Positions 24,611-39,600 of a stretch of 64,000 nt of DNA are shown here, one piece after another. The DNA is from Octopus vulgaris (lineage: Eukaryota): positions 135,036,001 to 135,100,000 of the forward strand of contig OX597814.1 in assembly GCA_951406725.2 (NCBI GenBank), given 5' to 3'. Below the pieces are notes generated by a model. It did not search any database and was not told the DNA's origin. It saw only the letters and a program-made list of their open reading frames with translations. Both the position numbers and the translations under genes were made by a program. Within the stretch, counting starts at the first letter, position 1. Every line of letters begins with the position of its first letter.

Positions 24611-26171
24611 TTTATTGAAAGACAGTTTTATTCTTTTATACAGATTTTTGGAGATCAATTTCATCAATATCTTTCCAGAATTCTGATAAAGTGGTTGCGT
24701 TAAAAAAAATAAAACAAAATTATATTTTTATTTTCAAAAGTTAATGTGAACAAATAGAAAATAAAATTTCACTATTTTAAAAAAAAAGTGCCACCTCTTT
24801 TTGGCTGGTACTGTAAGTCTGGACAATTGCATGAGAAGTCAAAGAAGGGAAATTATGGTCAGGTGTCTTTACTAACATCAACAATTCCTCTATAAACAGT
24901 AAATAGCAGAGTCCTGTGTCTTATTTAGCATTAAACATACTAATGTGAATTAGCAGTGGTATTTCAGTTTACAGTTTGGTAAACAGAGACAGAATTATGT
25001 GTCTTGCTTAACATCACTTACACAAATGTAAATGTGGTGGAAGTTCTAAATTTTACAGTTGCATAATCTCTGAACAGACTTGAAGAGTTTAAACCTTTTA
25101 ATACAAACTCACTTGAGACTGCCCTTACTAAAGTATTTCTATTTAAATAGAAATCTCACTCACAATCTCATCACAACATGAATAACATTGTAAGATTTCA
25201 GTCAACACTAGTATATCTATAAATTTAGATATTTTTTAAAGTCCTTCCAAAAACTTGATTATACAGAGAATTAACTGAAACATACAGGCAGTCTGTTCAG
25301 TAAAAATATATCTATGAAAGGGTTAAAAGTCAAAATGTTATAGCTTGCACTCAGGATTTTTGGCACAAAAACTTAGCACTTAAACTACATAGCTGAAACA
25401 TTGATAACAAGTATTTAACATTGTTATTCTAGAAAGAGGACAATGATATTGGCACAGAAGATACAACAATTGTCTAGATGCATTATGGTATTGTAGTTCC
25501 ATGCATCTATTTTCTGAAGTCAAATCCTGGGGAAATTACATTGTATGTTAAATGTACAAGTTATCTTTTGATGTCAGGTTAATCTCCTATATCTTTCCCT
25601 CAACCAAAATAGTGCGGTGCTTTACCCACTCACTCCGGTCTTCTTTCAGAATAGCTTTCAGACTAGCTTATTAGGTTCATTAGTCAAAGTTAAGCAGCAT
25701 GTATTAATTAAACCACACACACACACATGCATGCACACACACACACGCACGTGCACACACAAAATATAATTTTCTTTGAAATAGATATATCACTGAAGAG
25801 GGAAAATAAGACTCACATGAGTACTTGGAATCATCTATGAAGATGTAAAAATAATACTGAAGAAAATGTCAAACTTCTTAATAATAATATCTGAATGAAC
25901 AATAATTAACAGGATTGAATCTACATTTTTAAAATAAACAATTTTTGTAACAGAATTTACTTGAAAGAGGTTGTATGATTATCTTTACTGTAACTAAGTA
26001 ACATTAGCAGGCGTCTATAATTTAGTATTATGGTAAATCATGCAAGGTAAAGAGTCTTTATTGAATTCATTCATCTCTTCAACAACTGAAAATATATTTC
26101 TGTGAAAATTAAAGTTAAGACACATATCATGCCAGAGCTGCAATGTAAGATAGCTAATCTGATGGATTTGA
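24611..26171 (-). other. Probable EEA1 3' UTR with proximal and distal polyadenylation signals
   Basis: About 1.5 kb with no recognisable transposon downstream of the stop; minus-strand AATAAA at 26057-26062 and a cluster at 24727-24732, 24627-24632 and 24611-24616. Confidence 0.5.
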
Positions 26172-26300
26172 TCAATTGCCATCCTGAAGTTCCTTGTAGC
26201 AATTATCACAGACACGGACTGGCTTTTTAGATGATACAATTGATGACTGTTTTGTGGAACATTCATTACAGAAAATATTGCCACAGTTTCTGCAGTGATG
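26172..26300 (-). CDS. EEA1: EEA1 last coding exon, C-terminal half of FYVE and stop
   Basis: tcacag acceptor; [42 protein letters not shown]. Confidence 0.95.
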   Translation of the reverse strand, partial: HHCRNCGNIFCNECSTKQSSIVSSKKPVRVCDNCYKELQDGN

Positions 26301-29300
26301 CTGTGAAATAAATTAAAAAAGAAAAAAATATGAAGTGTATATTAAAATGCATTTGATAGTAATCAATATATGGTTGTGGGGAAAGAATTAGACATAATTA
26401 ATGCAACAAAACAAACAACAGTAGTATTAGACATAATTAATGCAACAGAATAAACAATAGTAATATTCCAATTCAAAAACAGAAAGAAATCCCAATGATG
26501 GGCTATTTCAGATAAGCCATTTCTTCAAGTATAAATAATACCTTCTGGTTAATCCACAGCAGAGAAAGAACTAGTTGCAAAAAGTTCAGGGAGCCATTAC
26601 ATCTGCTGGTGACAAAAGGCAGAGTGAAGAGCAGATTGTATGACGCTTGTGGATGAAGTGCAATGTTGTATTGGTAGTGAAACATGGGCCTTGAATGCAG
26701 AGAGTTTGTTAAAGTTAGAAAGTGATGAAGTGAGCCTGCTCCACTAGATGTGTAATACAAGTATGCATGCATGATGGAGAACAAATGAACTGAGTGAAAA
26801 ACTGAACACATCAGGAAATAGATGTTGTGTGCAAGAGAGCAGACTGTGCTTGTGTGAGCATGTGATGCATATGGAGAAAGACAGCAGCTTACAGAAATGC
26901 TCAAAGAGATCAGATTATGTAGAATAGGGTAAATGAGGGAGACTTGAGTTGAAGTGGTAAAAATAGATCATCAAATAGCTGAAAAGGACCATGCTGACTG
27001 TTGACACACTGTACAAGGAAAAGATGTGACAATCTCTCTCTAGTACTGGTACCATGAAAAATTCACTCAGAACATCCTGTAAAGTGATTTATGTTAGGAA
27101 GGGTATGCAGTTATGGAAACTAAGCCAAACAAAACTTATGAGAGCGATGCTGTTCTTTGGTTCCACTAGGAGAACAGCAGTAACCTGTCCAACCCACACC
27201 AGAATAGAAAGTGGACATAAAATTATGATGATGATATATGTGTGTGTGTGTATCTTTTATCTTTTACTTGTTTCAGATATTAGACTGTAGCCATGCTGGG
27301 CCCTCACCTTGAGTTTGTAGTTGAATGAATCAACCCCAATACTTACTTATTAAACCTGGTTCTTTTGCTGAACTGCTAAGCTACACACATAAATGCATCT
27401 GGGTATGTATATATAACTATTTCTTTACTACCCACAAGGGGCTAAACACAGAGAGGACAAATGAATTAAGTTGATTACATCGACTCCAGTGCGTAACTGG
27501 TACTTAATTTATCAACCTTGAAAGGATGAAAGGCTAAGTCGATCTCGGTGGAATTTGAACTCAGAACGTAACGGCAGACAAAATATGGCTACACACTTCG
27601 CCCGGCGTGCTAACGTTTCTGACAGCTCGCCGCCTTTGTATGTATATATATATATAAAACATTAGATTGTATTCTTATTCCTAACATTACAACATTTTTG
27701 AACTACATATTCAGTATATCAAATTGATAGAATCACTGGGCTTCTAGAAAATGACATAGATGTACATTATACATTAGTATCATTGTGCTTGCATTTTTAT
27801 TATTATATCTGAAGTCAAATAATTTCAAATCTCTAATTTTAAGTCTTTCGTAGTTTCCATTAAGCTTATATTAGTTGTTTCCCCTGTACCATACCTTATA
27901 AGGTATTTCTAGCACATCTCATATTTAATTTGTTTCAAAATTTGGCACAAGGCCAGCAGTTTTTTGGAGAAGGGGAATTAGTTGATTACATCAACCCCAG
28001 TACTTGATTGGTCCTTTATTTTATCAACTCCCCCTTTCCCCCCGAAAGGATGAAAGGCAAAGTTAACTTATGCAGGATTTGAACTTGATACATAAAGAGC
28101 AGGAAGACATGTAGCTAAGTATTTTTTCTGATGAGTTAATGATTCTGCCAACAGCTCAATACAGTGTGGGATTACATAAATGTGTGTAAAAAGACAAAAA
28201 ATTGGAAAAACAAATTCAAACAAAATAATTACCCAAAAGGTGATGAAACTTCCAAGGGCTGTAGAAACCTCACAAAATCAGTTACACTGCCCACTTAAGC
28301 AAGTACCCTACTTCAGTTGTTCTCCAAATAACTTATCTTTTGAACTGATATATTTAAAAAAAATTTCCTAATTAAATTTTTGATGATTCCTAAATCTACA
28401 GAATAGATAACATCATTCTCTCATCTACATGTATTTCCCCTCATTTCAATATCTATATGTATTTTAAGGTGGCAGGCTGGCAGATTCATTAACATGCTGG
28501 GCAAAATGCTTAGTGGCATTTTGTCTGTTGTTATATTGTGAGTTCAAATTCCACTGAGGTCAACTTTACTTTTCATCCTTTCATGGTCAATAAAATAAGT
28601 ACCAGTTGAGCACTGGAGGTGATGTAATTAACTTATCCCTTCCCTGATATTGCTGGCCTTGTGCCAAAATGTGACACCAATGACTATATATACTTTACCT
28701 TATACCAATATCAATGTCATTATCCACTCCACATCTTATACACTCCTATCACACACACTAATATATTGGTAATAAATTTCAACATCTTATCAAAGAATGT
28801 GAACAAATCAGTGTTCAACATTTCAGTCTAAATACATAAATATATATCGTAATATACAAGAATGAATGTTCCAAGTTGTCAGCCAGTCTTGCACCCAGGT
28901 ATCTGAAATTTTGAATCATGGCACATCTTTTGGAAGAGAAGGCCATAGGCTATGTGACTTTTTCTGATATTTTCTATAAATAAGTGTAACAAGGCTTGCC
29001 CTTTAAATTATAGAAACAGGCTGTTTGTCAGGTTTCCACATGGTTTCCATCTGCCCAGTTTTATTTATGAAGTTTAGGTTGATCCAAAGATATTGTAACA
29101 AACATGCACAAGATGACATGCTGTGGGATTAAACTCGAGGCCTCATGATGCAAAGTCATCTTCTTAACTGCTCAGCCATGTCCATTTATATACACACACA
29201 CACACACATAGACATCCACACACACATACATACAGGATATGACAAGCAAACCTGGTGTTTTTTTTAATGAATATAATGTTGACAAATATATATTAGAACA

Positions 29301-32300
29301 ATGTATGCCATTAATAAAATAAGTAGGTGTAGCTGTGTGGTAAGCAGCTTGCTTCCCAACCATATGGTTCTGATTTCAGTTCCACTGCGTAGCACCCTGG
29401 GCAAGTGTCCTTTACTATAGGTTTTGCTATAGCCTCAGGCTGACCAAAGCTTTGTGAGGATTTGGTACATGGAAATTGAAAGAAGTTCATTGTATGTATA
29501 TGCATATGTGTGTATGTTCATTTGTGCCTGTGTTTTCCCCTTCATCACCACTTGATAACCAGTGTTGGTGTGTTTATGACCCTGTAACCTAGCAGTTTGG
29601 CAAAAGAGACCAATAGAATAAGTACCGGGCTTCAAAAAATAAGTCCTGGAATTGATTTGTTTGACTGAAGTCAATCAAGGTGGTGCCCCAGCATAGCTGC
29701 AGTCTAATGACTGAAACAAGTAAAAGGTACATATGTCATCTAACTGTTTTGCATTTTTTTCTACATATACTTGTAGTGAAACCTGGAAGTTCTGTCTGGT
29801 ACTTTGCATCATGGCTTGTGGTTTTGCTATAATTACTTTCTGAATAGCAGTTCGTATTTCATCCTGAGTGTGGGGTTGTCATTATTTCCTTTGGGACTAC
29901 CTCAATGTGTTCAATATAAATACAAGTATTCCCAAAATGAAGTAGTCCCAAAGCAACCAATCACAAACTGAAAGGTCAAATGATCAAGCAGGCAATAGTA
30001 TGTCACTGCACTGGGAAATAACCTAGAAAACATTTCTTCATTAACATCAATTTGAAGCACTTGCTTCTGTCATAAATGAATTTCTCACTCTCTATCTTTT
30101 TCTATCATTCACTTATTTTATCATGTTACCTCTCTAATTCTCCTCTTTTCTAGTGTAGAGATCTTTTTCTTTCTACTTCTTTGTTATTCTTTCTTCTATA
30201 CATCCCTATATCTCACTGTTTGCTTGTCTCAACACCTGCCTGACATGCTGATTGACTGCTAGTTATTTATTTTCTCTCTCTCCCACTTTGGTCAATAATT
30301 TACCTATCCAATACTTGTCTCTTAATTCAGTTCTTTCTTGTATTTCTTTGATAATAATAATATGCCAATGCTGATAGGCATTGAATGCCTAAAAATTAGG
30401 ACATATTCCCATTCCTCTGAATTTTGTTTTATCTTTTCCGTGGAAAGACTATGATGTAAAATTATCACTTTTCCCTATATTTTCCTTGTAGTTTGGTACA
30501 AATCCCTTCTGTTTTATTCATATAAGAACTTTTTGTCTTTTACTTATTGTTCATTTGCATCACATGATCATTCAAAGGACAGCACTTCTCCTGCACATAT
30601 ATACTGGGTATTTTCACAACTAGCTACTCTCTCAGCACACTTTTATACTTCCATACCCCAAAATTCTTATCTCCCTGTCTCTATAAGAAATTATTACTAT
30701 TCATGTATTGTGTGTACACTTACCTAGACATCATGTGATGTTGTAAATGAGAATCATTGTTTACAAGTGAGATTGTTCATTTCCAGGCTTTCATGAAAAA
30801 CATGTATAGCAATGGGAAAATAATACTTTGCTTGGAAAAGTTGAGGGTTGGCGATGGAAGGGCATATGTAAATCTGCTTCAACAAATTCCATCTAATCCA
30901 TGCAAGCATAGGATAGTAGACGCTAAATAATGATTATAATGATGATGACGTAGTACACTGGTTTTAATTATATTTCCATCTTTTAGAACAAACTGTTACT
31001 AGGGATGGAATTTTTTGAAATTGTTTCAAGAAAAAAACAGAAATATTTGTGGTAATATCTTTTAGACTTTCAGTTTTAGAATAGAAGTAATACTTTCCAC
31101 TGGGATTTAGACAAGAGCTGGAAAGGGTCATCATTAGCTTCTTATAATGTCTATCTTCTATGCTGGCATGGGTTGGACAGTTTGATAGGATCTGTGGGTG
31201 GAGGACTACATTGGGCTCCAATACCCACCTTGGCATAATTTCTATAGCTGGAAGCCCTTCCTAATGTTAACCACTTTATAGGATATATTGGGTGCTTTCC
31301 TCGTGGCTACAGCTCTAGTAAGGTCACTGTACAGCTCATAAGGAGATTTTAGATTAAAGAAGGTGGACAGTGTCCTTATAAAAACCAAACCACAACAGAA
31401 AACAAGTTTATGTTTAAAATCAATATGCATAGGAAGAAATTCTTGACAACAATTCATAGAAGTTTACAGTTAAACATATTGATAGACAAAATATCTACTT
31501 ACTTTCCGAATTGTCACAGAAAAAAATTTGGCACAACCCATACATTCAGTCACTTGACTATCATCGGTCCATTTTCGACTCTGTACTTTGGTTGTCATAA
31601 TCTAAAGAAATAGAAATGCATAGAAAAGTATTTCTACATATAGTCATAAAGATTTAGAAACAATGCCTCTTAAGAAACAAATTAATATGGCCATCTAACT
31701 GTATTGTAATTAATAATACAAAATATGGAGCTAATCATTTGAGTGATCTTTATTATTCTATTTATATTTCATATCAGAGATAGACATGCTAGAAACTCAC
31801 ATCACTTTAAATGCTGGATAAATTAACACTGTTAAGCTATTTAAAATGCTTAAGATATTTTGACTTGAACAGCTCATGGTTTTAATTAGTACTTTCTGTG
31901 TAATTGTTGTAATAATTATCTTAGGGATTGCTGTCATTTAATGACCTGAAACTAGTGCACTAACATAGCAGAATGTTTTGCAGAGAGCATTAATATCAGT
32001 ATAAATTTGTGATTGCAATAGGACTTGATAATTGCTTAAAATGAATTCAACATCCTGGTATTTCCTAATTGATCCTTTCTTAAGCAAATACTATCTGAAG
32101 CACAGTTTAGTTGTATATTTGCCCTTTTTCAATAGTTCACCATTTTCCACTACACTTATTGTCTGTCTTGTTTTATAGGTCCCCAGAATTGTATCTAGCT
32201 GAAGCTCATTCTTTGTCACGTGAGCAACCAGTCTCTAATTCTCTTTAGGCTCTATATTGAAATGAAGTTCCTTTTGTAAAATTGTCTTTTCATTGAACTG

Positions 32301-33631
32301 TACAAGGTTATGCATGTTCGCCAATCATTGATTTCTCTTTACAAACCTATTTCCTAATTGCCCACAAGAGGCTAAACATAGAGGGGACAAGGACAGACAA
32401 AGGGATTAAGTCGATAACATTGACCCCAGGGTGCAACTGGTACTTATTTAATCGACCCTGAAAGGATGAAAGGCTAAGTCAACCTTGGCAGAATTTGAAC
32501 TCAGAACGCAGTGGCAGACGAAATACCGCTAAGCATTTTGCCAAGCGTGCTAATGTTTCTGCCAGCTTGCTTTTCTCTTTACAAACCTGGCATTAATCAG
32601 TATATACAACTATCTCTTCAGAAGAAATTCATTGCTACACTATGTATTCTCTAAAACAAATAATGTTTTGTTTATTTCCATTTTTTCTTCTGCTTTATAT
32701 CCATTTCACTATCCTTTGATAAATGGAATAGTTTTACAAAAAGGATAATAGGAATCTGTTGGAGCTTATGTCTTAATAGCTCAAAGCTCCCTCTATTATC
32801 AACTTTTCAGTTTAAAATAAAAACTTTCCACAAATCTGAGCTTAGTTAGGAGCTGTATGCAACTGATATAGCAGAATTTTAACTCAAGACTTTGCACAGA
32901 AAAGGCTCAAACTGTAATCCTATAGCATAATGATTGCAAAATAGTAAGAATTCAGAGAAAACAGCCAACAGATCAATATAACTTTGTAGTGATATGGTGG
33001 CAAGCTGGCAGAGTCATTACAACACCAGACAAAATGCTTACTGCATTTTGTCTATCGTTACATTCCGAGTTCAAATTCCATCAAGGTCAACTTTGCTTTT
33101 CATCCTTTTGGGGTCAATAAGATAAGTACCAGTTGAATACTGAGACTGATGCAATCAACTTATCCCCTCTCCTGAAAGCAAAATTTGAAACCATTTTATG
33201 TTTGTAGTGGTTGATTTCATAGACCCAATCCATTGATGAGTTTGAAGTTTTGTTACAAAAACCTTACAATCAACCTCCAACATTATATATGACAACACTG
33301 ACAGGTCTAGTGTCAGAATTCCTGATTTGTCAATCAGTATACTTTATAAAATGTAAAGATTTCTTTATTCTATCCTCACCTGTAATGATTGGTTTTCTCT
33401 ACCTAGTTCCTGTAGGGCTGCTTGAGCATCTTCTAATCTTCTTGTCACCACTGATATCCTTTCCTGAAGTGTTTCACACTCATTTTCACTGGCAAGACAC
33501 CTGTGGAAAAGGAAACATATTAAGACAAAACTATAAACAAAAGCACCATCCACATATCTAGCTACATCAATCATTCAGTCAACAAAACACATTTTACAAA
33601 TAATAACTAACTTTGTTGAAGAAATATTAAA

Positions 33632-33662
<31 letters not shown>

Positions 33663-36600
33663 GTAAAAAAATTTTTAAAATAGGATTAAAATCTTTATAA
33701 GAAATTATCAAGTAGTTAGCGTGAAAAACCTCACAAGGAAAAATTTTATTAATTATTCCCTTTAAATATATTTATTTATATTAAGGGCATTACTAAACAT
33801 AAATACCTCACACTAAGAGGGACTCTTAAAGTCAAAACTACCATAATAAACACATTGTACTGAATGCAAGGGAATGCAACTCTCAAAGTGAGCTCCTTAA
33901 AAACAGGTTCAGCTGCAGGTCATATGATTTCATAATTAGTGCACAAAATGCACTTTTTAATTGTCAGTGCATGCATAATCAAGACACATAAAAATGAACA
34001 AAAAAAATCAACATACCAGACGAACAAAATATATATATATAGGCATGGGTGTGGCTGTGTAGAAATAAGTTTGCTTTCCAACCACATAGTACTGGATTCA
34101 GTCTTGCTGCATGACACCTTGTGTTTTCTATTATAGCTCCAGGCTAACCAAAGCCTTGTGAGTAGATTTGGTGGATGGAAACTGAAAGAAGTCCAGTGTG
34201 TGTGTGTGTGTGCTTGCATGCATGTCTGCACTTGTGTTTTCTTTTCTTGACATCACATGATATTTGTAAATGAATGGCATTGTCATGCAAGCAACGTCAT
34301 TTATTTCCAATATTCTGCAAGAATATGTCTGGCTGTGGGGAAATATTCACCTTACTTGAAAAGAGGTGAGGGGTTGGTGATATAAAGTGCATCCAGTCAT
34401 AGAAAATCTGTCTCAAACTCTGTCTGACTCATATAAGTATGGAAAAGTAGATGTTAAATGATGAAGTTACTTCAATAAAGAACACCACATAAACTTTCCC
34501 TTGTCAATAGCATTGACAGGCCACTAAATTCTCTTTCACAAACACTATTTGACTGACAGTGAAATATGTTTTCTCATTAAAAAAACATTGACTATTAAAC
34601 TTTTACTCTCTAATATATCAATGCCAATCCAAGTGACCCTTTTACTGACCTCTGATTTCCCAGATAACACAATACATTAACCTTATTTGAACAACCTGTA
34701 AACTTCTAATCCATACCAACTTCAATCTTAATTTTAACTTCAATCTTAGGAATACCAGTGTATTGAACCCTTGCTCTATCTCTTCTCATGTTTCTACACT
34801 AATGTTTATTCTTATGAATATTCTGACATCATCAAGCTCTGGTAGAACTGTAATAAAAACTAGTATACTTTTCATTTACTGCTATATTTTTTCACACTAA
34901 TTGTGTCACTAACAAAAATTCAATATTATGTTGGACCACACTTTTGGAAAGATCCTGAAAGAAGGTGCACAGCAGAATATTGTGGATTGCATATGCAACT
35001 GCACATACTCTATGCAGCAGAAACATGTGTTGGCCATTTAAACTAACTAATTATGCTGCAAAATTAACTGTTAGATTGAAAGAAAAATTTGAAGATATAC
35101 CAGTCTCCATATTCTTTGTAGTTTTGGATTTACACTCCCTAAAATATTCATAATCTAGTGAAATGAACCTGGATTTACCCACCAGAAGTAGTGCTTCTTA
35201 CTACTTGATGTGGTTAGCTAGAGCCTGGACCATACCTGAGAGTTCTTACGGTGCCCACCTGGATAGCTTATCTTTATCTGCTCATCGTATATATATATAA
35301 ATTCCTTCTTCACCAGAAGAATGTCACTGTGTTTTACTAAATTCCAACTATTCAATTATCACATTGATTGTACTAAACAACCTCAATAATTAAATCTGAG
35401 ACCTCTTTCTTCCTACTTAATTCAAAGTTTGTGTATCATTTTACTAAGTTTTTATTTAATCCATAGGTTATTACTGAGCTATCTTGACTTGCATTTTATC
35501 AGCCATGTCAGTTGTAGTCCATCATTATACTCTTCTACATTCTTCTAAGCTATTCTGTTACTATGTTAGATATTGTGCTAGCCATCTGTCATCATTTAAA
35601 GTTCAAAAACCAAATATTTCGAAGGGTTTATACAGAGTGGTCCAAAATCTACTATTAAATATATATGTATGTATTAAATGGTAGTGTGACATTTCACCAC
35701 TTAGTAATAATATAATTTCATTGTTCAGGACTTTAAGACCTTAGCAATAAGTTACTGAAATCTTTCCCAAGTACCTTAACATTAACCTATGATAATATCT
35801 TAATAGTCACAACTGAAACACCTTGTCATTTATTTATAATCCTCCAACAATTTTAAAAAGCAAAATCTTTTACCGTTCCAGCAGTAATTTCCTTTCATCA
35901 TTGCTGTTGGCCAATTTTGCTTCCAACTCTGCAGAGAAAAACATAAAAGAATGTTTGGTAATTAGTAATCATGGATTGAATTTAATCATACAGTGTAAAT
36001 AATCATGTTATCTGTCAGACAACATCTCCTATCAAACAGAGCTACTTGTTAATGTGTGTTAGCTGGTTATATTGGAGCATATTCTCATACAAAATTATTT
36101 TACAAATCATATACCATCTTATCACTATCTTTAAGTCACTTGTCCAAAATTGCCATTTTGTCACTAAAGTTGTTACAGCTGTGATCATGCACACAACTAA
36201 GCCCCTCAATTTGTCCCTGTAAAACCTTTCCCATCCCTTCATAACTCTTCTAACTATTGTATTATTCTGATGCTGTAAATGAATGAGTGTGGAATTCTGT
36301 GCTGCCAGTTATCTTACTCTCTCCCCTGAATCATTTCATACTGACACCTATCTTTCATTCTTAATACTGTCTCATATCTACCATTGATCACTCATACCTT
36401 CATTCATCACATACTTACATTCCCCATTTTGTATCTCTGACCATCTCTACTTCTATTACTATACATCTCTCACTTCCCACACACACATGCAATTTTTATT
36501 CACCTCCACTCATTTTCTCCCAATCTCTCATCTTCCACATATCTGCTACATTGCTATTATTATGTTATCATCTCCTCTCCCCAAAGCCACTTCTATTGAC

Positions 36601-39600
36601 ATCTATTCCTCATTCTCTGTCCCCTCATAAACTCATATTTACCATCCACAACTCTCTACTCTTGTTCATCAATCACTACATTTATTCTCACCCTTATCTC
36701 TAACCATCTATCATTCTACCCCCATGTTCACAACCTTTGTCCACTCACCCTTCCTGATCATCTGTCCCCATAGTCTTTTCTATTTATCTTCTTATCCTTG
36801 AGGATATGCTCTGACTCCTCACCATCATTTCACCTCTCTTCCTAACTACACCCTACTTACTCCCAACCAGCTTTATACAACACAGGATAGTCATGTATTT
36901 CCTCTACAAAAAGAAACCTTTTCCTTCAATCAACACCTATCTTAAAGCGACCTCCCTACTAGACTACACTTAGTTGAGGGGGCTCTTTAGTCTTGTGACT
37001 TACATGACAACCGCACTAGTGCTGATGCCATGATGAAAGTACCCAGTGCTCTGTTAAGTAGTTTGCATTAGGAAGGGTATCCAACTGTAGAAACTAAACT
37101 AAAGCAAATATTGAAGCATGATGCAGTCCTCCAACTTGTCAGATCCTGGCAGACATTCTAACATGGAAAATGAGTGTTAGATGGTGGTTGTGACAGTGAA
37201 GAATTTAAATACTGTTTCTAAGAATTATCCTACTTCTTGCATAAATGATGTTACTCTTGTCCTTTCTCCAACATGACATAGGATAGATGAAAAGTAGATA
37301 TTTAGAAGAGATAGCATGAAGCATGATATTAATAAATCATACCAAGTTTTTGTCCTTGAAGCTCATCACAAAGTTTGGTCTGTTCTTCCACAGCTTGTTG
37401 AGATACAACCAGATCCCCACGAACTGTTGTCAAATTCTCAGTTACTACAGCCAGTTGCATTTCATAACGGGTTTCATTTTCTTCAGATTTTTTCTCAAGC
37501 TGCTGGTAACTGTCTTCTTTGGAGCTCTATAATGAGAAAATAAAACATGACCTCTCTGAATTAATGCAATTTAATCACCAAAAAATAGAAGATATTAATT
37601 TTCCATTTAAAGAAGTATTCAGACAAAACACTTCTGGATATTTTGGTGTGTAGTGACAGAGTTGTTCAGCTTGCTGGTTGGTTGGTTCATTTGTTTCACT
37701 TCCTTTTTCCATATGCTAGCATGGATTGGGTGAATACATGTTATTTAAGGTATTGTTTTACAATTCCTGTCGTAAACCCTCGCCTGTTTATCAAATAAGG
37801 GAATTTTATTCTGTTCATCTTTGAAAGTACAAAGCTAGTGAACCATTTTGCTGACATTCCTTGTCACCAAACATAATAGTTTGTAACACACCATTTTTAA
37901 TGTGAAGTACAGAATATAAACATTCATGTACACACACACACACACACACACACATCTCTTCTCTTCTTGGTAGTTTCTTAAATCTAGAAAGATGACTCTG
38001 CAATTTCTTACTGGACAATTTCCACAGATGATTTGTTTATAGTGATCAAATGTTTGTACTGTACATGAGCTAACACCCTACTTCAAATCAACATTACCTC
38101 TACAGGTGCACAGTGTGCCACATGTCAGATGAACAACATAAGAATGAAGTGTTTTGGTCAAGAACGTAAAGCGCTGCCTGGTCCAAGAATCAAAACCACA
38201 CTCTTGTGATCGTTAATGCAACACCCTAAACACTAGGCCATGCACAACACACATGACAAGTTTTTGTGCAGCTTTTGCCTACCAAATTCACTTACATGGG
38301 TTTGGTTGGCCAAACTTTTTGTCTCACTGTGATACAATAATAATTTAATAATGAACTAACTTTTGGATGTGTAAAGAATATCTATTTTTCTGACTCCATA
38401 TAAACAAAGTATTTATATGGACTAAGTGAAGATTATCAGTTAGGGAACATGGAAAATAAATCTTAAAATAATAAATATGTAGGAATCAGGAAAGCCATTA
38501 GTGTTGTTGCGGAATAGCACATCAGAGCTGGGCATGTATTAACACTAGAAGTAGTTATCCATCCCCATAGGTAGGTGCATGTTTTCTGACAGTTAGTGGA
38601 AGAACACAACACAAACATCATGAAACAGCTCCTGGCTTTCTCACCAACTTTGCACTGCAAACTTCTGAATCAAATTAAGCTCTCAACACTGACCACATCA
38701 TGGACATCCTATTACATTTTTGTCAACTTCACCTTGTGAGCACCTTTTCAGTTAGTCTTTATCTACACAACTCTACATATTTTCATCTCAGCTAGCTTTT
38801 TATGGCTTACAACTAAATCATTTGTTCAATCACAAGTTTTATCACTTTCCTTTGACTCCTACACATATGGTCACTTCGCTCATGACTTGTCAGCTCTCAT
38901 TCTTATTTTAATGAAGTTACATTGTTTTGTTTAAAAACTGCCTTCTTATATTCATTATACATGCTTCTCAAAAGCACATTGAATGGACTTTTTCCAAGAA
39001 CACTTTCATACTTTAAATTAGTGACCACTCTCACTAAATTGTGACTTTGCCATGATGGTTCATTTTTACATTGCCATTGTTATTTTTACAAATAGATAAT
39101 TATAAAAAACTTACTAATTGTTCTTTAAGTTCAGCATTTTGATTTTCAAGGGATGTAAGAGATAAAGCAGATTTTTCTTTGACTTTGCTCAGTTCTTCTT
39201 GTACCTAGTAACAAAGAGGTATTTAATAAAAAATTTAGTTACATTTTCTCTAAATATCCAAAAAACAGCATAAACATACTAAAACAATAAATTTTCCACC
39301 AGCAGTAAGAATATATTTTATCTCCTCTTTCCCTGTTCCCACTACAATTTCCCATGACCATAATTATTTTCATGGCAATTGAATAACAACACTTCTCCAA
39401 GATAGAATGCTAATATATTTGAGGTTTTACTAGCAGGAAGACTTGAGCTCAGACTACAAACTCACAGTTTTGTGTGCAAAATACTCAGCCTTTACAGTAG
39501 TCAAGCACATCTAACCATGGTACCTCATTTCAGCAAAGTGGAAAAAAGCTTTTAAGAATGCAACATCAGTGGTGTACTTTTGACAGTATTCAAAGTGTTG

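Noticed and set aside
36300-36900. Long C/T-rich low-complexity tract
   Set aside because: No periodicity or coding signal; looks like decayed simple sequence.
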